DNA of 64,000 bases from Opitutales bacterium (GTDB lineage: Bacteria; Verrucomicrobiota; Verrucomicrobiia; Opitutales; UBA2987): NCBI GenBank assembly GCA_965226885.1, contig CBDDEL010000015.1:288001-352000 (forward strand). Direction: 5' to 3'. Both the position numbers and the translations under genes were made by a program. How positions within the stretch are numbered: position 1 is the first letter of the stretch; each line of letters opens with the position of its first letter. The notes below the pieces were generated by a model, which saw nothing but the letters and a program-made list of their open reading frames with translations, ran no database searches and had not been told where the DNA came from. Positions 31,135 to 42,238 of this stretch are shown piece after piece.

Positions 31135-32445
31135 TGATCGGACCCCATCTTTGCTACCACTTTAAGTGAGAGTCTTTCCTTAGGTTTGGTATTGTAGGTT
31201 TTGCAGCGGGTGGCGGAATGAGGCCGTAGGCCGAATGGAGCCAGCCGCTGCTTTGTTGATTGTTCGCCAGAGTCTGGCAAATGTATTTGGGGAGAGAAAG
31301 CCTAATCGGCTGTGGGGGTGTTTCGCGTTGTATTTGTGTCGCCATTGTTCGACCACCACACGCGCTTCGGTCACGCTCAGGAACAGTTCCTGATTAAGGC
31401 ATTCATCGCGCAAACGATTATGAAAGGATTCTATATGTCCATTCTGCCAAGGGCTTCCTGGATCAATGTATGCAATGGCAATTTCCTGCCGCTGCAGTTC
31501 TTCTTTGTGCCGCTGCAGTTCTTCTTTGACTTGGTGGGCTATAAACTCCGATCCGTTGTCCGAGCGGATGCACTGAGGTTTGCTGTTCTCCTTTATGGCT
31601 TTGTTCAATACCTCTACCACATCGGTACTTTTCAGTGAGCGCGCAACCTTAATGGCCAGGCATTGTCGGGTATGTTCATCGATCAGTGTCAAGAGCCTGA
31701 GCGGACCGCCCCGGTCGGTGCGATCCGCCACAAAGTCCCAACTCCACACATGGTTGGGCTGCACTGCTCGGGTCGGGGTAGCCGTGGATTGGCCCTGCCG
31801 GCGACGGCGCTTGCCAGGCGGCCGCACACCCAGTCCTTCGAAACGACGCACTTTTTGGACGAATTTGCGACTCACGGGCCAGCCTTCATGGGCCAACAAA
31901 GCGCGGATCCGACGATAGCCATAGCGAGGGTGCTTCTTCGAAAAGGCAATGATGCGTGTCACCAGTTTATGCCTATACTCAGTAGCTTTCTTGGGTTCAT
32001 ACAGGTAGGTTGAGCGATGCAACCCAAAATACTGACAGGCCCGACGCAGCGAGCACGACCCTTGGGCCAATACATGCTTCACCGCTTCCTTTTTCTGCTT
32101 CGGGCCTACCATTTTTTTGCGTTCACCTCCTTGAGCACACGGTTCTCCAGCATCTGCTCGGCTACTATCTTCTTAAGCTGCGTGTTTTCGCGCTCCAGCT
32201 CCTTCAGCCGCTTGGCGTCACGTAGCTCCATGCGGCCATACTTTTTACGCCAACGATGATAGCTTTGAGGACTAATATTGTGGGACCGACAGACATCCTG
32301 GATGCCTTTGCCTGCGTCTACTTCGCGCAGCGCAGTATCGTTATGATCTGTTCAGGGGTGTATCTTTTTTGCTTCATAGGTCTTTCCGGTAATTTCTCCA
32401 GAAAGACTCTCACTGGCAATGGTCATGTTTTTGGCGGTCACATCA
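31135..32445 (-). mobile_element. IS3-family element, copy 1 (defective)
   Basis: TGAT termini; rve motifs WSWDF, RSDNGSEF and ESF; orfA frameshifted by a 5-bp duplication; 21-bp in-frame duplication in orfB. Confidence 0.93.
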
Positions 32446-32497
32446 AATCAGCTCGCTATAAGTATATTTAAGTAACTTATTATTAACCACATAACGA

Positions 32498-33064
32498 TTA
32501 TTTCAAGCTAATTTTCTTATGATGAATTGGGAAATATGGGCTATTATCGCTTACTTTGCACTCGGTGATATTAATGGACAATTGTTTGATGGCACTGATT
32601 TTGTCGCGGAAAGAGGCGGCATCCTCGTATCGTTCACTAGCCACCGCCTGTTCCATTTTGTCCTCCAATTGCCGGATGCGGTCGTTGATCAAGTTTTCGG
32701 CTATGGCTTTGGCGGGGATCTTGCCCAGATGCTGGGAGCCGGATTGCAGTTTTTCCACAATCGGCCTCAGGAGGCCAGCAAAGGTTTCATAGCACTCGGG
32801 GCAACCGAATCGGCCAAATTTTTCAAAATCCTTTTGGGTAAACCCGCAGGCTTCACAGCGGACGACCTGCGTCAAGTCAAGTGAGTGAATTTGCGGGGAT
32901 TTTGCGCCCAGCTTGAGCACACCAATTCCTTGGGCGGATACGGATTCCACTTCCTCGGCATGTTCCTGGCAAAGGCATATTTTGGTCACTTTCCCCCCCT
33001 TGACGAAGGATAAAAATACCGAGGCCGGATTTCCGCATTTGGAACATTTAGGCTCCTTGTTCAT
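32498..33064 (-). CDS. Second McsA-like UVR-domain protein
   Basis: CSKC, CEAC, CPEC, HLGKIP and ERYEDAASFRD; start set at ATG 33064. Confidence 0.8.
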   Translation of the reverse strand: MNKEPKCSKCGNPASVFLSFVKGGKVTKICLCQEHAEEVESVSAQGIGVLKLGAKSPQIHSLDLTQVVRCEACGFTQKDFEKFGRFGCPECYETFAGLLRPIVEKLQSGSQHLGKIPAKAIAENLINDRIRQLEDKMEQAVASERYEDAASFRDKISAIKQLSINITECKVSDNSPYFPIHHKKISLK

Positions 33065-33395
33065 TATTATTAATATGACGCAATTTTTGCTCAATGACAA
33101 TAGCGTTGTTGGCAAAAATCACAATTTGTAGTATTTATTCCCTTGCTTGTTCATACGATCGATGGATTTCGCCTCACCGCTCGTTACTGCCGACAGTTTT
33201 CCTTCTCGCTCGCATCCCAGCTTCAAAATCCAGAGGAAAACAGTCTTCCCCGGTTGGATAACAAAGCCCAAAGCCATTTTATTTCAAAAAAACTGAAAGG
33301 TAATAGAAAACCTGCCGACTATAATAGCCTACGCCATTTTTATATGGACATGATTTATTTTCCCCGAAAGGGGTTTTGGGGTAAAAACATAGTTA

Positions 33396-36300
33396 GAGGC
33401 TGTCCCAAAAATATAAAGATTTTATAGTCAACTGGATGACGTTGATAAAAAGAGCCGGAAAGAGCAAGTTTTTGCTCGATCCGGCCAAAAAAGGGTTCTA
33501 TAATTGAGTTAGCGAAAATCAATATAGCCCTTTCTATGAAAAATATAGCCATCCAATGCCTCCTGCGTCCAGCTTTAACTGTGGTCGACCGGTGCCTCGA
33601 TTACGATAACTTCCGCGCCACCATTGATCGAATCGATCGGCTGCTGATCGACTCGGAGGTGGAATCGCAGGCCATTGAGCTGGCCTTGGAGGGGTGGCCG
33701 CCAATGGGTCTAAAGGCCCGGCGGCAGCGGGCCAGTTTTGCCATCAAGGCACTCACTGCGCATGGATACGCTGGGCCGTCTGCTCGGAGGGATTTCGTTT
33801 CGGCATTTGTCGCGGGCTCTGGGCAGCAGCGATCTGTTGGCCGACTTTTGCCGTGTCCGGCAGATCGATGGCATCAGGGGCATCTCCAAAAGCACCCTGG
33901 AGGGGGCCTCGAAGTTTTTCAGCGAAGAGCAGTTGAGGGCCTTGCACCGGACCTTGACTGAGGTGGTGGGCGATGCCCTTCTGGCCCGGCAGGTGGGATT
34001 GGACAAGCCGATTGACACCACCATTTGCCTGATCGACGGCACCTGTTTGGAGGCTAACATTCATTGGCCGACGGACTGGGTATTACTCAAGGATGTAGCC
34101 GGCACGTTGCTCAAAGCGATCCGGCTGATCCGCGAGAAGGCCGGTTTGCGCCATCGCATGCCGATCGAACCGGAGCCCTTGGCTCGGCAGATGAATCGGC
34201 TGTGCATACAGATGACCCACAGCCGGCGGCGAAAGGACAGCGCGCGGCAGCGCAAGGGTATCTTGAGGCAGATGAAAAAGCTGCTCAAACGGATCGGGGA
34301 GCATGCCCGCAGTCACCGGGAATTATTGCAAGCCTGCTGGGAGCAAAGCGATTACAGCGAAAAACAGGTCCAACAGATCCTCGCCCGGATGGAGCGCATG
34401 AGCGAGCAAATCCCGGTGGTCATCAAACAGGCGCACGAGCGGATCATTGGCGGCCGCCAGGTGAAAAACGCAGAGAAAGTCTTGAGTGTTTACGAACTCG
34501 ATGGGCAGGTGATTGTGCGAGGTAAAGCGGGCCAAGAGGTCGAGTTCGGCAACACCCTGTTTTTGGGAGAAAGCGTTGAAGGGTACCTGCTGGACTGGAA
34601 ACTCTACGGCAGCCGAACTCCAAGCGAAAATGAACAAATGCAAGAGAGTTTGCAAAGACAGAACCGCTTCAACCTGGAAGAACCCATAGCGGCCATGTGC
34701 GCGGACCGGGGATTTGCCTCCCAGCGGGCCCGCCGGCAGTTAGCCCAGGAGGGAATCTATGACGCGCTCTGTCCACGCGATCCGAAGCAGTTGAAAAAAC
34801 GGATGGAGGAACCACTGTTCAGACAATTGCAAAAGCGCCGGGCCAGCACCGAAGGGCGGATCGGGGTATTGAAGAATCGCTGGCAGGCCGGGCGGTTGCG
34901 CAGCAAAGGCTTTGCCAACCGCTCGATCAGCGTAGCCTGGTCGGTACTCTCGCACAACCTATGGAAAGTAGCCAAGATGCTGGCCCAGCAAGACGAACTA
35001 AAAACCAAAGCGGCGGCCTAGCCCGGATATTTCGTAAAAAAAGTATCGTTGATATGCTTAACTGCTGATATACAGCAGGATAGATCAATAATTAAAGCAA
35101 TATCAGCGATGACAAAAGGTAAACAATTAAAGCTACAGTTGACAAGGGTAAAAGGCCGCCGTGTGCGGGTTGATTTCAAGGGCGGAGAGGTTACTTCGGA
35201 TGCCGGACTGCTTTTGATCCGGGAAGTGGATCGGCAGTTGGGCTTGACCGAACGAGCGGCCCGACAGTTAGTGGACAAACGGCAGAAGGGCAAAGTACGC
35301 CATGAGGTATTGGGGATGCTGCGGCAGCGCGTTTACGGGCTGGTGGCGGGCTATGAGGATTTGAACGACTTTGATACCCTGCGCCACGATCCATTGTTGC
35401 AAACGGTAACGGGGCGCATTGAAACGTTGGCCAGCGCGCCGACTTTGTGTCGTTTTGAAAACGGGCAGGATCGGCGGGCGGCCTTTGCGGTAAACGAGCT
35501 GTTGGTCGAACAGTTCATGGGCTCCTTTGCCGAGGAACCCGAAGAGATCATCCTGGACTTTGACGCCACCGACAATCCGGTGCACGGGCTCCAGGAGGGA
35601 CGTTTTTTCCACGGTTATTATGATCATTACTGTTTTCTGCCGCTATATGTTTTTTGCGGTGATCAGCTGCTGGTGGCCTACCTGCGGCCGAGCAAGATCG
35701 ATGCCAGCAAGCATGCCGGGGCCATCCTCAAATTGCTGGTTAAACGGATTCGCCAAAGCTGGCCCCGTACGCGGATTATTTGGCGCGCCGACAGTGGATT
35801 TTGTCGAGACCGGATACTCTCTTGGTGCGACCGCAACGAAGTTAGTTACATCGTGGGGATGGCTCGCAATGCACGCTTGCAGCAAGACGCCCAGCAGTTG
35901 CAAAAGCAGGCCAAAGAATGGTTCGAACTAAGGGGTAAAAAACAACGGTTATTCCAGGACTTCGTCTATGCTGCCGATTCGTGGCGATGGCTGCGGTTGG
36001 TCATCCATAAAGCCGAACACACCGCACAGGGGTCCAACCCGCGCTTCGTGGTGACGAACCTGCCGGGCGATCCCCAGGAGCTTTACGACAAGGTATACTG
36101 TGGCCGCGGTGAAATGGAGAACCGAATCAAGGAACAGATGCAATTGTTCAGCGAGCGCACCAGCGCCCATCAATGGTGGGCCAATCAGTGGCGATTGCTC
36201 TTGTCGGCGCTGGCCTACACCTTGATGGAAGCCATGCGCCGGTTAGCCTTAAAAGGGACGAAGTGGGCGCGGGCCCAATGCCACACCCTGCGGCTCAAAT

Positions 36301-36787
36301 TAATCAAGATCGGAGCGGTCATCGTGCGCAACACCCGAACGATTCACTTTCACCTAAGTGAGAGTTATCCTTGGGCCAGTCTTTTCAACCATGCGGCCCG
36401 CCGATTGGTGCCAACCTAAAGGGTGCATTGGTGCTGCCCCCGGCACTACCGAACCAATGGGGGAAAGGGGGCAGTGTCTCTACACCCTGAAAAACACCTA
36501 AAAATCAAGACGATCTGCTCAAAATACAAAGAAATCCATCTCCAATAGCAATAACGAGCCAAACTTTACCCTTCATGAAATATCCGGGCTAGAGAGCGGA
36601 AAAGCAAGGACAATACTTTTTCACAGCCTTACTGTCGGCTCATACAAAGAAAACCAGGCAACCGGACCCCAAAACCAGTATCCTAACGTCATAGGAGAGC
36701 AAAGTTGATACTCTCCCAAATGCAGATACCTCTAAAATGAGCGCCTATCAAAAGCCCTCGCAAAAATCACCCTTTTGGGACAGCCTC
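33396..36787 (+). mobile_element. IS5-like/ISNCY-type DDE element, copy 1, containing a nested IS1380; transposase 33536-35021 frameshifted
   Basis: IR GAGGCTGTCCCAAAA at both ends; DGTCLEANIHWPTD, RGKAGQEVEFG, ADRGF and TEGRIG motifs; CACT duplication at 33750-33757; family assignment tentative. Confidence 0.85.
35022..36588 (+). mobile_element. IS1380-family element, copy 2 (transposase 35049-36419)
   Basis: Near-identical to copy 1, same 1567-bp length, CTAG duplicated at 35018-35021 and 36589-36592. Confidence 0.95.
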
Positions 36788-36789
36788 TA

Positions 36790-37069
36790 TCGTAGCACCA
36801 TTTTCGCGCAGTTATCCGGTGGCTGGGGGCCGGACGGCATGGCCCTGGATGTCGACGGAAATCTCTACATCGCCCACGTCGGCGGGGGAAATATTCTCAT
36901 CCTGAGCAAAGATGGAGACCTCCTGGAAAGGATTCCGGTTGGCGGGCCTCGCCCCACCAACCTGGCCTTCGGCGGACCGGAGCGGAAAACGCTCTATGTT
37001 ACCGAAGTGGATACCGGATCGGTCTTCTGCTTCGATGTCGATACCCCCGGCCTGCCTCTTTTTGGTTAG
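36790..37069 (+). pseudogene. SMP-30/gluconolactonase C-terminal fragment
   Basis: PDGMALDVDGNLY and PTNLAFGGPERKTLYVT; the 5' part is replaced by the IS end. Confidence 0.8.
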
Positions 37070-37110
37070 TAATCCATTTCCCGTCCAAAAGCCGCCGCCG
37101 ATTATAGAGA

Positions 37111-37917
37111 TTAATCGGCTTCATCCACGACCGGATTCTCCAGCCGGCCGATTTTCTCGATTTCGATGACCACATTATCGCCCGCCTTGAGCCAGCGAGG
37201 TGGTTTTGCCGCCATCCCCACCCCGTGCGGAGTTCCCGTCATGATAACCGTGCCCGGTAGCAGAGTCGTGCTTCCACTGAGAAACTCAATCAAAGTGGGA
37301 ACATCGAATATCATGTCGTTGGTATTCCAATCCTGCATCGCTTCGCCGTTGACAATGGTTTTTATGGAAAGGGCGTTGGGATCGGGCACATCTTCGGGCG
37401 TCACCAGACAGGGGCCAAGCGGCGCAAAGGTATCGAAAGTCTTGCCTCGGCACCATTGGCCTCCACCAAAATCTTTTTGCCAATCGCGAGCGCTGACGTC
37501 ATTGCCGCAGGTATACCCGAGAACGTAATCGAGGGCGTTTTCCCGGCTCGCGTTCTTGCAGGTTTTACCGATCACCACGGCAAGCTCGCACTCATGATCG
37601 ACCTCGTTGCTTTTAAGATGGGTGGGCAATACGATCGCCTCCCCCGGATTCAACACGGTATTGGGGCCTTTCATAAAAAGAATAGGCTGTTTCGGCAGGG
37701 GCGATCCCGTTTCCTCTGCGTGCCGCCTGTAATTGAGCCCGATGCAAAGAATGCACACGGGTTCAATCGGGGCCAGTGTTTTAGCCACCTCAACCCTCTG
37801 TTCGGTTACTGAAAAGTCGCCAAATATATCGCCTTCAATCAAAAACGATTCTCCGTCATCTTGAAGGGAGGCATGTCCCGTATTTCCAGCCGTGTCTATA
37901 AAACGAATGATTTTCAT
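37111..37917 (-). CDS. Fumarylacetoacetate hydrolase family protein
   Basis: GLNYRRH, ECELAVVIG, NDVSARD, GKTFDTF and TGTPHGVG motifs. Confidence 0.93.
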   Translation of the reverse strand: MKIIRFIDTAGNTGHASLQDDGESFLIEGDIFGDFSVTEQRVEVAKTLAPIEPVCILCIGLNYRRHAEETGSPLPKQPILFMKGPNTVLNPGEAIVLPTHLKSNEVDHECELAVVIGKTCKNASRENALDYVLGYTCGNDVSARDWQKDFGGGQWCRGKTFDTFAPLGPCLVTPEDVPDPNALSIKTIVNGEAMQDWNTNDMIFDVPTLIEFLSGSTTLLPGTVIMTGTPHGVGMAAKPPRWLKAGDNVVIEIEKIGRLENPVVDEAD

Positions 37918-38164
37918 AACTTGTATTTTACATGTAAAGCCCGGCCCATGTTTTTTTGGCCGGACGCTATTATCTTTTATATTGAATTACCTTGGCAGTA
38001 AATCAACTGCATTTGAAATTTCAATTATCGTACGCGTTATTAGTCAATAGCCATTTCACTCCTAACAACCTTATCGCCACCAGATTCCAGGTGCGGCAGG
38101 CCCATTTAAGAAGGCTTCCCCAATCTCACCAAGCCAAAGCCTATAGGCTTGCTGGCCAGTCTTT

Positions 38165-38963
38165 TTAAGCCTGCAAAAGCTCGGGCTTGTTCATTTTCCA
38201 GGCGGCTGCCCCAGCCAGCAGTGTCATCAATACGATGATACCCCATTCATTCAATGTTGGGATGACATCAGCGCCCTTTCCTGCCGGAATGGATTTGCCG
38301 GGCACATCTTCATAGGCCCAGTCGACGATTTTGATTGAGGTGCTGCCTGCCGCAAGGTTGACCCGGATCCAGCCGAAGTGCTCGCCATCTGCATTGGTAA
38401 ACCGGACGCCGATGAACTTGTTGGTACCATCGGGGAAAGGGCCATAATTAGAGATGCCAAATAATGCAGGGTCGCCGCCGTAAAACCAGAATCCATTCGG
38501 GCCAGAGTTGGCAATATTGTAGTTTGCGCTCAAGGGCTTGGCAAGGGGGGGACCGTAATTGGTAGAGTAATATTTAATTACGCCCGCGTCATCGTTGTAA
38601 AAATCCAGTGGTTCGAGGAGAGCGACATATTTAGGATAAGAGAACGTCTCGATAAAATTGCTAATTGCTTATAATAAAGTCACTCTGGCCATCACTGTCC
38701 ATATCAATGCGATACTTGGTATTCGTCTCGTTCGTAGCCGTCAGCATAATATTCCGCTCGCCGCTATAAACTATGACGGCTTCGGCCGCAGGGGCGATGG
38801 CCAGGGCTGCACCACCGGCAGCAGCACTAGCCAAGGTGAGATTTCCGGGCTTTGCCAGACCTTTGCTTCGACCATTCCCTGCCGCAAGGGCCGATGCCCG
38901 GTAGGCCTCAAGCTTGTTCTTTAAATCACTGATTTTCCTGACTTCTGGCTTTTTCTTCATCAT
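38165..38963 (-). pseudogene. Surface protein with IPTL-CTERM-type sorting tail, frameshifted
   Basis: C-terminus IPTLNEWG + hydrophobic helix + basic residues; a 7-bp duplication at 38656-38669 separates two ORFs that otherwise join in frame. Confidence 0.8.
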
Positions 38964-39183
38964 GTAGGAGATTTTGGGGGTGAATAAACAAGCTTGTACT
39001 TTCTGGGGTATCAATCAGAAATTAATTTTGATATGCCCTTAAATGACCTATATGTCAATAAAAAAGGCCCCTACAGGGTTTCTGGCAGATCAAGTGCAAG
39101 TTTAGTATAAGATACGGGTAAAGGTATGAAATTAATACTTTTACCGTTGCCTAAATAATTACACAACATGTTGGTTTTCAACA

Positions 39184-39240
39184 TGGTGCCCGAGGGGGGA
39201 CTCGAACCCCCACGCCTTTCGGCACCAGATCCTAAATCTG
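39184..39240 (-). pseudogene. 3' fragment of tRNA-Leu(TAG), probable att-site remnant
   Basis: Anticodon arm CAGAT-TTAGG-ATCTG, variable arm, GGTTCGAGTCC and CCA end; D arm and 5' acceptor strand absent. Confidence 0.85.
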
Positions 39241-39343
39241 CAGTCCGTATATTTGAGGATGTTTGAGGATATCCATATATTATTTATAGCCAATAGGTTA
39301 CACATATTCAAATATTCTCAAATATCTTGACACAACGCTCTAC

Positions 39344-39376
39344 GGGTGTAACCAGGGTGTAACTGGGGTGTAACCA
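39344..39376. repeat. Three 11-bp direct repeats GGGTGTAAC(CA/TG)
   Basis: Seen directly between the tRNA fragment and the integrase start. Confidence 0.8.
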
Positions 39377-39387
39377 ATATCGTTAGA

Positions 39388-40166
39388 ATGATGCAAAAAA
39401 CACAGAAAAAGCAAGGAATGCGGTCTGTCCATGAGCATAGGACGCGTAAAGGAAACCGTATTTTCAAACAACCAAAGACCAAGAATGGAAAAATAGTAGG
39501 ATGGTCAAAGAACTACATATTTCTTGTGAAAAGAAACGGCAGGCAATTTTCATTCCCGACCGGTACCAACAAAAGGGATGCAGGAAGGTTGGCGGACAAA
39601 ATTGCTGATTTTCTCAAAGCCCCTGACAACTCACCTCAGATGGCTCTAAAGAGATTCTTTCCCAACAAATACGAACAAAAATTTGGAATCGACGAAAAAG
39701 ACAGGAAAAAACCCACATTGGGCGATCTTCTCGAAGCATATCAAAATCATTACATCCGTGATCGCGACCGAACAAAAAGAGAGGTGGCTCAAACGATTAG
39801 ACGAATCTCGGCATTTATTCAAGGTGAGCGGAAACTTCCCCGCAAAGGAAGAACCAGGGCGGTTCTTGAGGCAAGGAACAAGAAAGCCGATTCCTTGCTT
39901 GCGGAGAGATTAACCCCACAGAAACTCAACTCTTTCAAATCCTTTTTATTGAAACAGGCAGGGGCCAACGAAATTGCTAAAGGCCGGGCAAGAACCACAT
40001 GCAATGCCTACATGAGAAATGCTGGGCAGCTTTTCACCAATCGAGTCGTCAGAATGTGTTATGGAGAATTACTGATGCCAGACAATCCCTTCGATAAAAT
40101 TGAAAAAGAGGAGGAACCAGGACATTTTTACGAATCAATGATCGATCCTGAAAATTTACTGAAACA
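39388..40166 (+). pseudogene. N-terminal part of a probable tyrosine integrase, truncated by IS3
   Basis: Next to the tRNA fragment; basic N-terminus, TLGDLLEAY...TCNAYMR...NPF pattern; catalytic domain absent. Confidence 0.65.
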
Positions 40167-41451
40167 TGATGTGACCGCCGAAAACACTACCATTGCCAGT
40201 GAGAGTCTTTCTGGAGAAATTACCGGAAAGACCTATGAAGCAAAAAAGATACACCCCTGAACAAATCATAACGATACTGCGCGAAGTAGACGCAGGCAAA
40301 GGCATTCAGGATGTCTGTCGGTCCCACAATATCAGTCCTCAAAGCTACCATCGTTGGCGTAAAAAGTATGGCCGCATGGAGCTGCGTGACGCCAAGCGGC
40401 TGAAGGAGCTGGAGCGCGAAAACACGCAGCTTAAGAAGATTGTAGCCGAGCAGATGCTGGAGAACCGTGTGCTCAAGGAGGTGAACGCAAAAAAATGGTA
40501 GGCCCGAAGCAGAAAAAGGAAGCGGTGAAGCATGTATTGGCCCAAGGGTCGTGCTCGCTGCGTCGGGCCTGTCAGTATTTTGGGTTGCACCGCTCAACCT
40601 ACCTGTATGAACCCAAGAAAGCTACTGAGTATAGGCATAAACTGGTGGCACGCATCATTGCCTTTTCGAAGAAGCATCCGCGCTATGGCTATCGTCGGAT
40701 CCGCGCTTTGTTGACCCATGAAGGTTGGCCCGTGAGTCGCAAATTCGTCCAAAAAGTGCGTCGTTTCGAAGGACTGGGTGTGCGCCCGTCTGGCAAGCGC
40801 CGTCGCCGGCAGGGCCAATCCACGGCTACCCCGACCCGAGCAGTGCAGCCCAACCATGTGTGGAGTTGGGACTTCGTGGCGGATCGCACCGACCGGGGCG
40901 GTCCGCTCAGGCTCTTGACACTGATCGATGAACATACCCGTCAATGCCTGGCCATTAAGGTTGCGCGCTCACTGAAAAGTGCCGATGTGGTAGAGGTATT
41001 GAACGATGCCATAAGAGAGAACGGCAAACCTCAGTGCATCCGCTCGGACAACGGATCGGAGTTTATAGCCCACCAAGTCAAAGAAGAACTGCAGCGACAG
41101 GAAATTGCCATCGCATACATTGATCCAGGAAGCCCTTGGCAGAATGGACATATAGAATCCTTTCATAATCGTTTGCGCGATGAATGCCTTAATCAGGAAC
41201 TGTTCCTGAGCGTGACCGAAGCGCGTGTGGTGGTCGAACAATGGCGACACAAATACAACGCGAAACACCCCCACAGCCGATTAGGCTTTCTCTCCCCAAA
41301 TACATTTGCCAGACTCTGGCGAACAATCAACAAAGCAGCGGCTGGCTCCATTCGGCCTACGGCCTCATTGCGCCACCCGCTGCAAAACCTACAATACCAA
41401 ACCTACGGAAATACTCTCACTTAAAGTGGTAGCAAAGATGGGGTCCGATCA
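40167..41451 (+). mobile_element. IS3-family element, copy 2 (orfA 40235-40501, orfB to 41424)
   Basis: Ends TGATGTGACCGCC and GGGTCCGATCA; A7 slippery site 40489-40495 preceded by AAGGAGG; rve DDE motifs. Confidence 0.95.
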
Positions 41452-41680
41452 GGTAGCCCGCTCGGCGAGAAAAGCACGTCCCGCACGGTGGAACAGCCAG
41501 ACGTGATCGTGTGAATCGACTTCAACGCCGGACACCTGTCCGAGCTCGAAGTTTTCCGGAAGCTTAGGCCAGCCGTGCACAACTTTGTAACCGGGTGAAC
41601 CGGTGCTGGCATTAGAGTAGGCACGAGTAGGCACAGATGAACAGAATCGAGATGCACAAAATGATCTTTTTGTAATCCAT
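41452..41680 (-). pseudogene. N-terminus of a secreted NHL-repeat/PAL-like protein
   Basis: Signal peptide then YKVVHGWPKLP...GQVSGVEVDSHDHVWLFHR; 10-bp duplication at 41615-41634; cut off by IS3. Confidence 0.75.
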
Positions 41681-41958
41681 TTCTCCTCGCTTGATAAATG
41701 TTACAATCTCGATGTGATTCTGAAAAAATCTTTTTTGACACTAAATACGGCTAACATATTGTAGACAGCCTCTTCGCAGTCAATGATTGGATACTATAAT
41801 ATTTTGGTCGAATTTTACAAGAAAGTTTGTTATTCCCTGAATTACAGGCTCGTACACGCAGAAATCAGGGGGAAACCCGCTCTTTTCGTTCTATCGCGGC
41901 TATTTCCCTCAACCCCTAACTCGCTTCTCACAACCTCCCCCTACTCCCTTAATCAACA

Positions 41959-42164
41959 GGCAATGGCAATCGCAACCCCTTCGTCGATTTCCCGGAATTT
42001 GCCGATCTGATATACAACACCGAGCCGCCCGATGTATTTGGCGGTGAACCCATTGAAGGCTTCCCCGGGTGGCGTAGCTCTTCCTGGTATCTGAATTACA
42101 ATGTGGATTTCTGGCCCTGGATTTATCACGATGAACATGGCTGGCAATTCGTTTCTGAGAACAG
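41959..42164 (+). pseudogene. Fragment: endonuclease I/Bsn-like C-terminus followed by a Trp-rich domain
   Basis: Translates as GNRNPFVDFPEFADLIY...WRSSSWYLNYNVDFWPWIYHDEHGWQF; no start codon. Confidence 0.6.
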
Positions 42165-42231
42165 TGATGTGACCGCCAAATCAGATCTTTTGCCTGTATG
42201 CAATTTTATTGACTGTTTTCGGGTCCGATCA
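42165..42231. mobile_element. 67-bp miniature element with the termini of the resident IS3
   Basis: Starts TGATGTGACCGCCAAA, ends GGGTCCGATCA, CAG on both sides. Confidence 0.8.
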
Positions 42232-42238
42232 CAGGTTT

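Noticed and set aside
39184..39240. Functional tRNA-Leu gene
   Set aside because: The 5' half is absent
39344..39376. CRISPR array
   Set aside because: The 11-bp repeats have no spacers and there are no cas genes; no CRISPR array was seen anywhere in the window
40167..40260. C-terminus of the 290-aa ORF 39388-40260
   Set aside because: Read-through into the IS3 left end, not native protein
41764..41772. GACAGCCTC matching the end of the IS5-like IR
   Set aside because: Only 9 bp with no partner end
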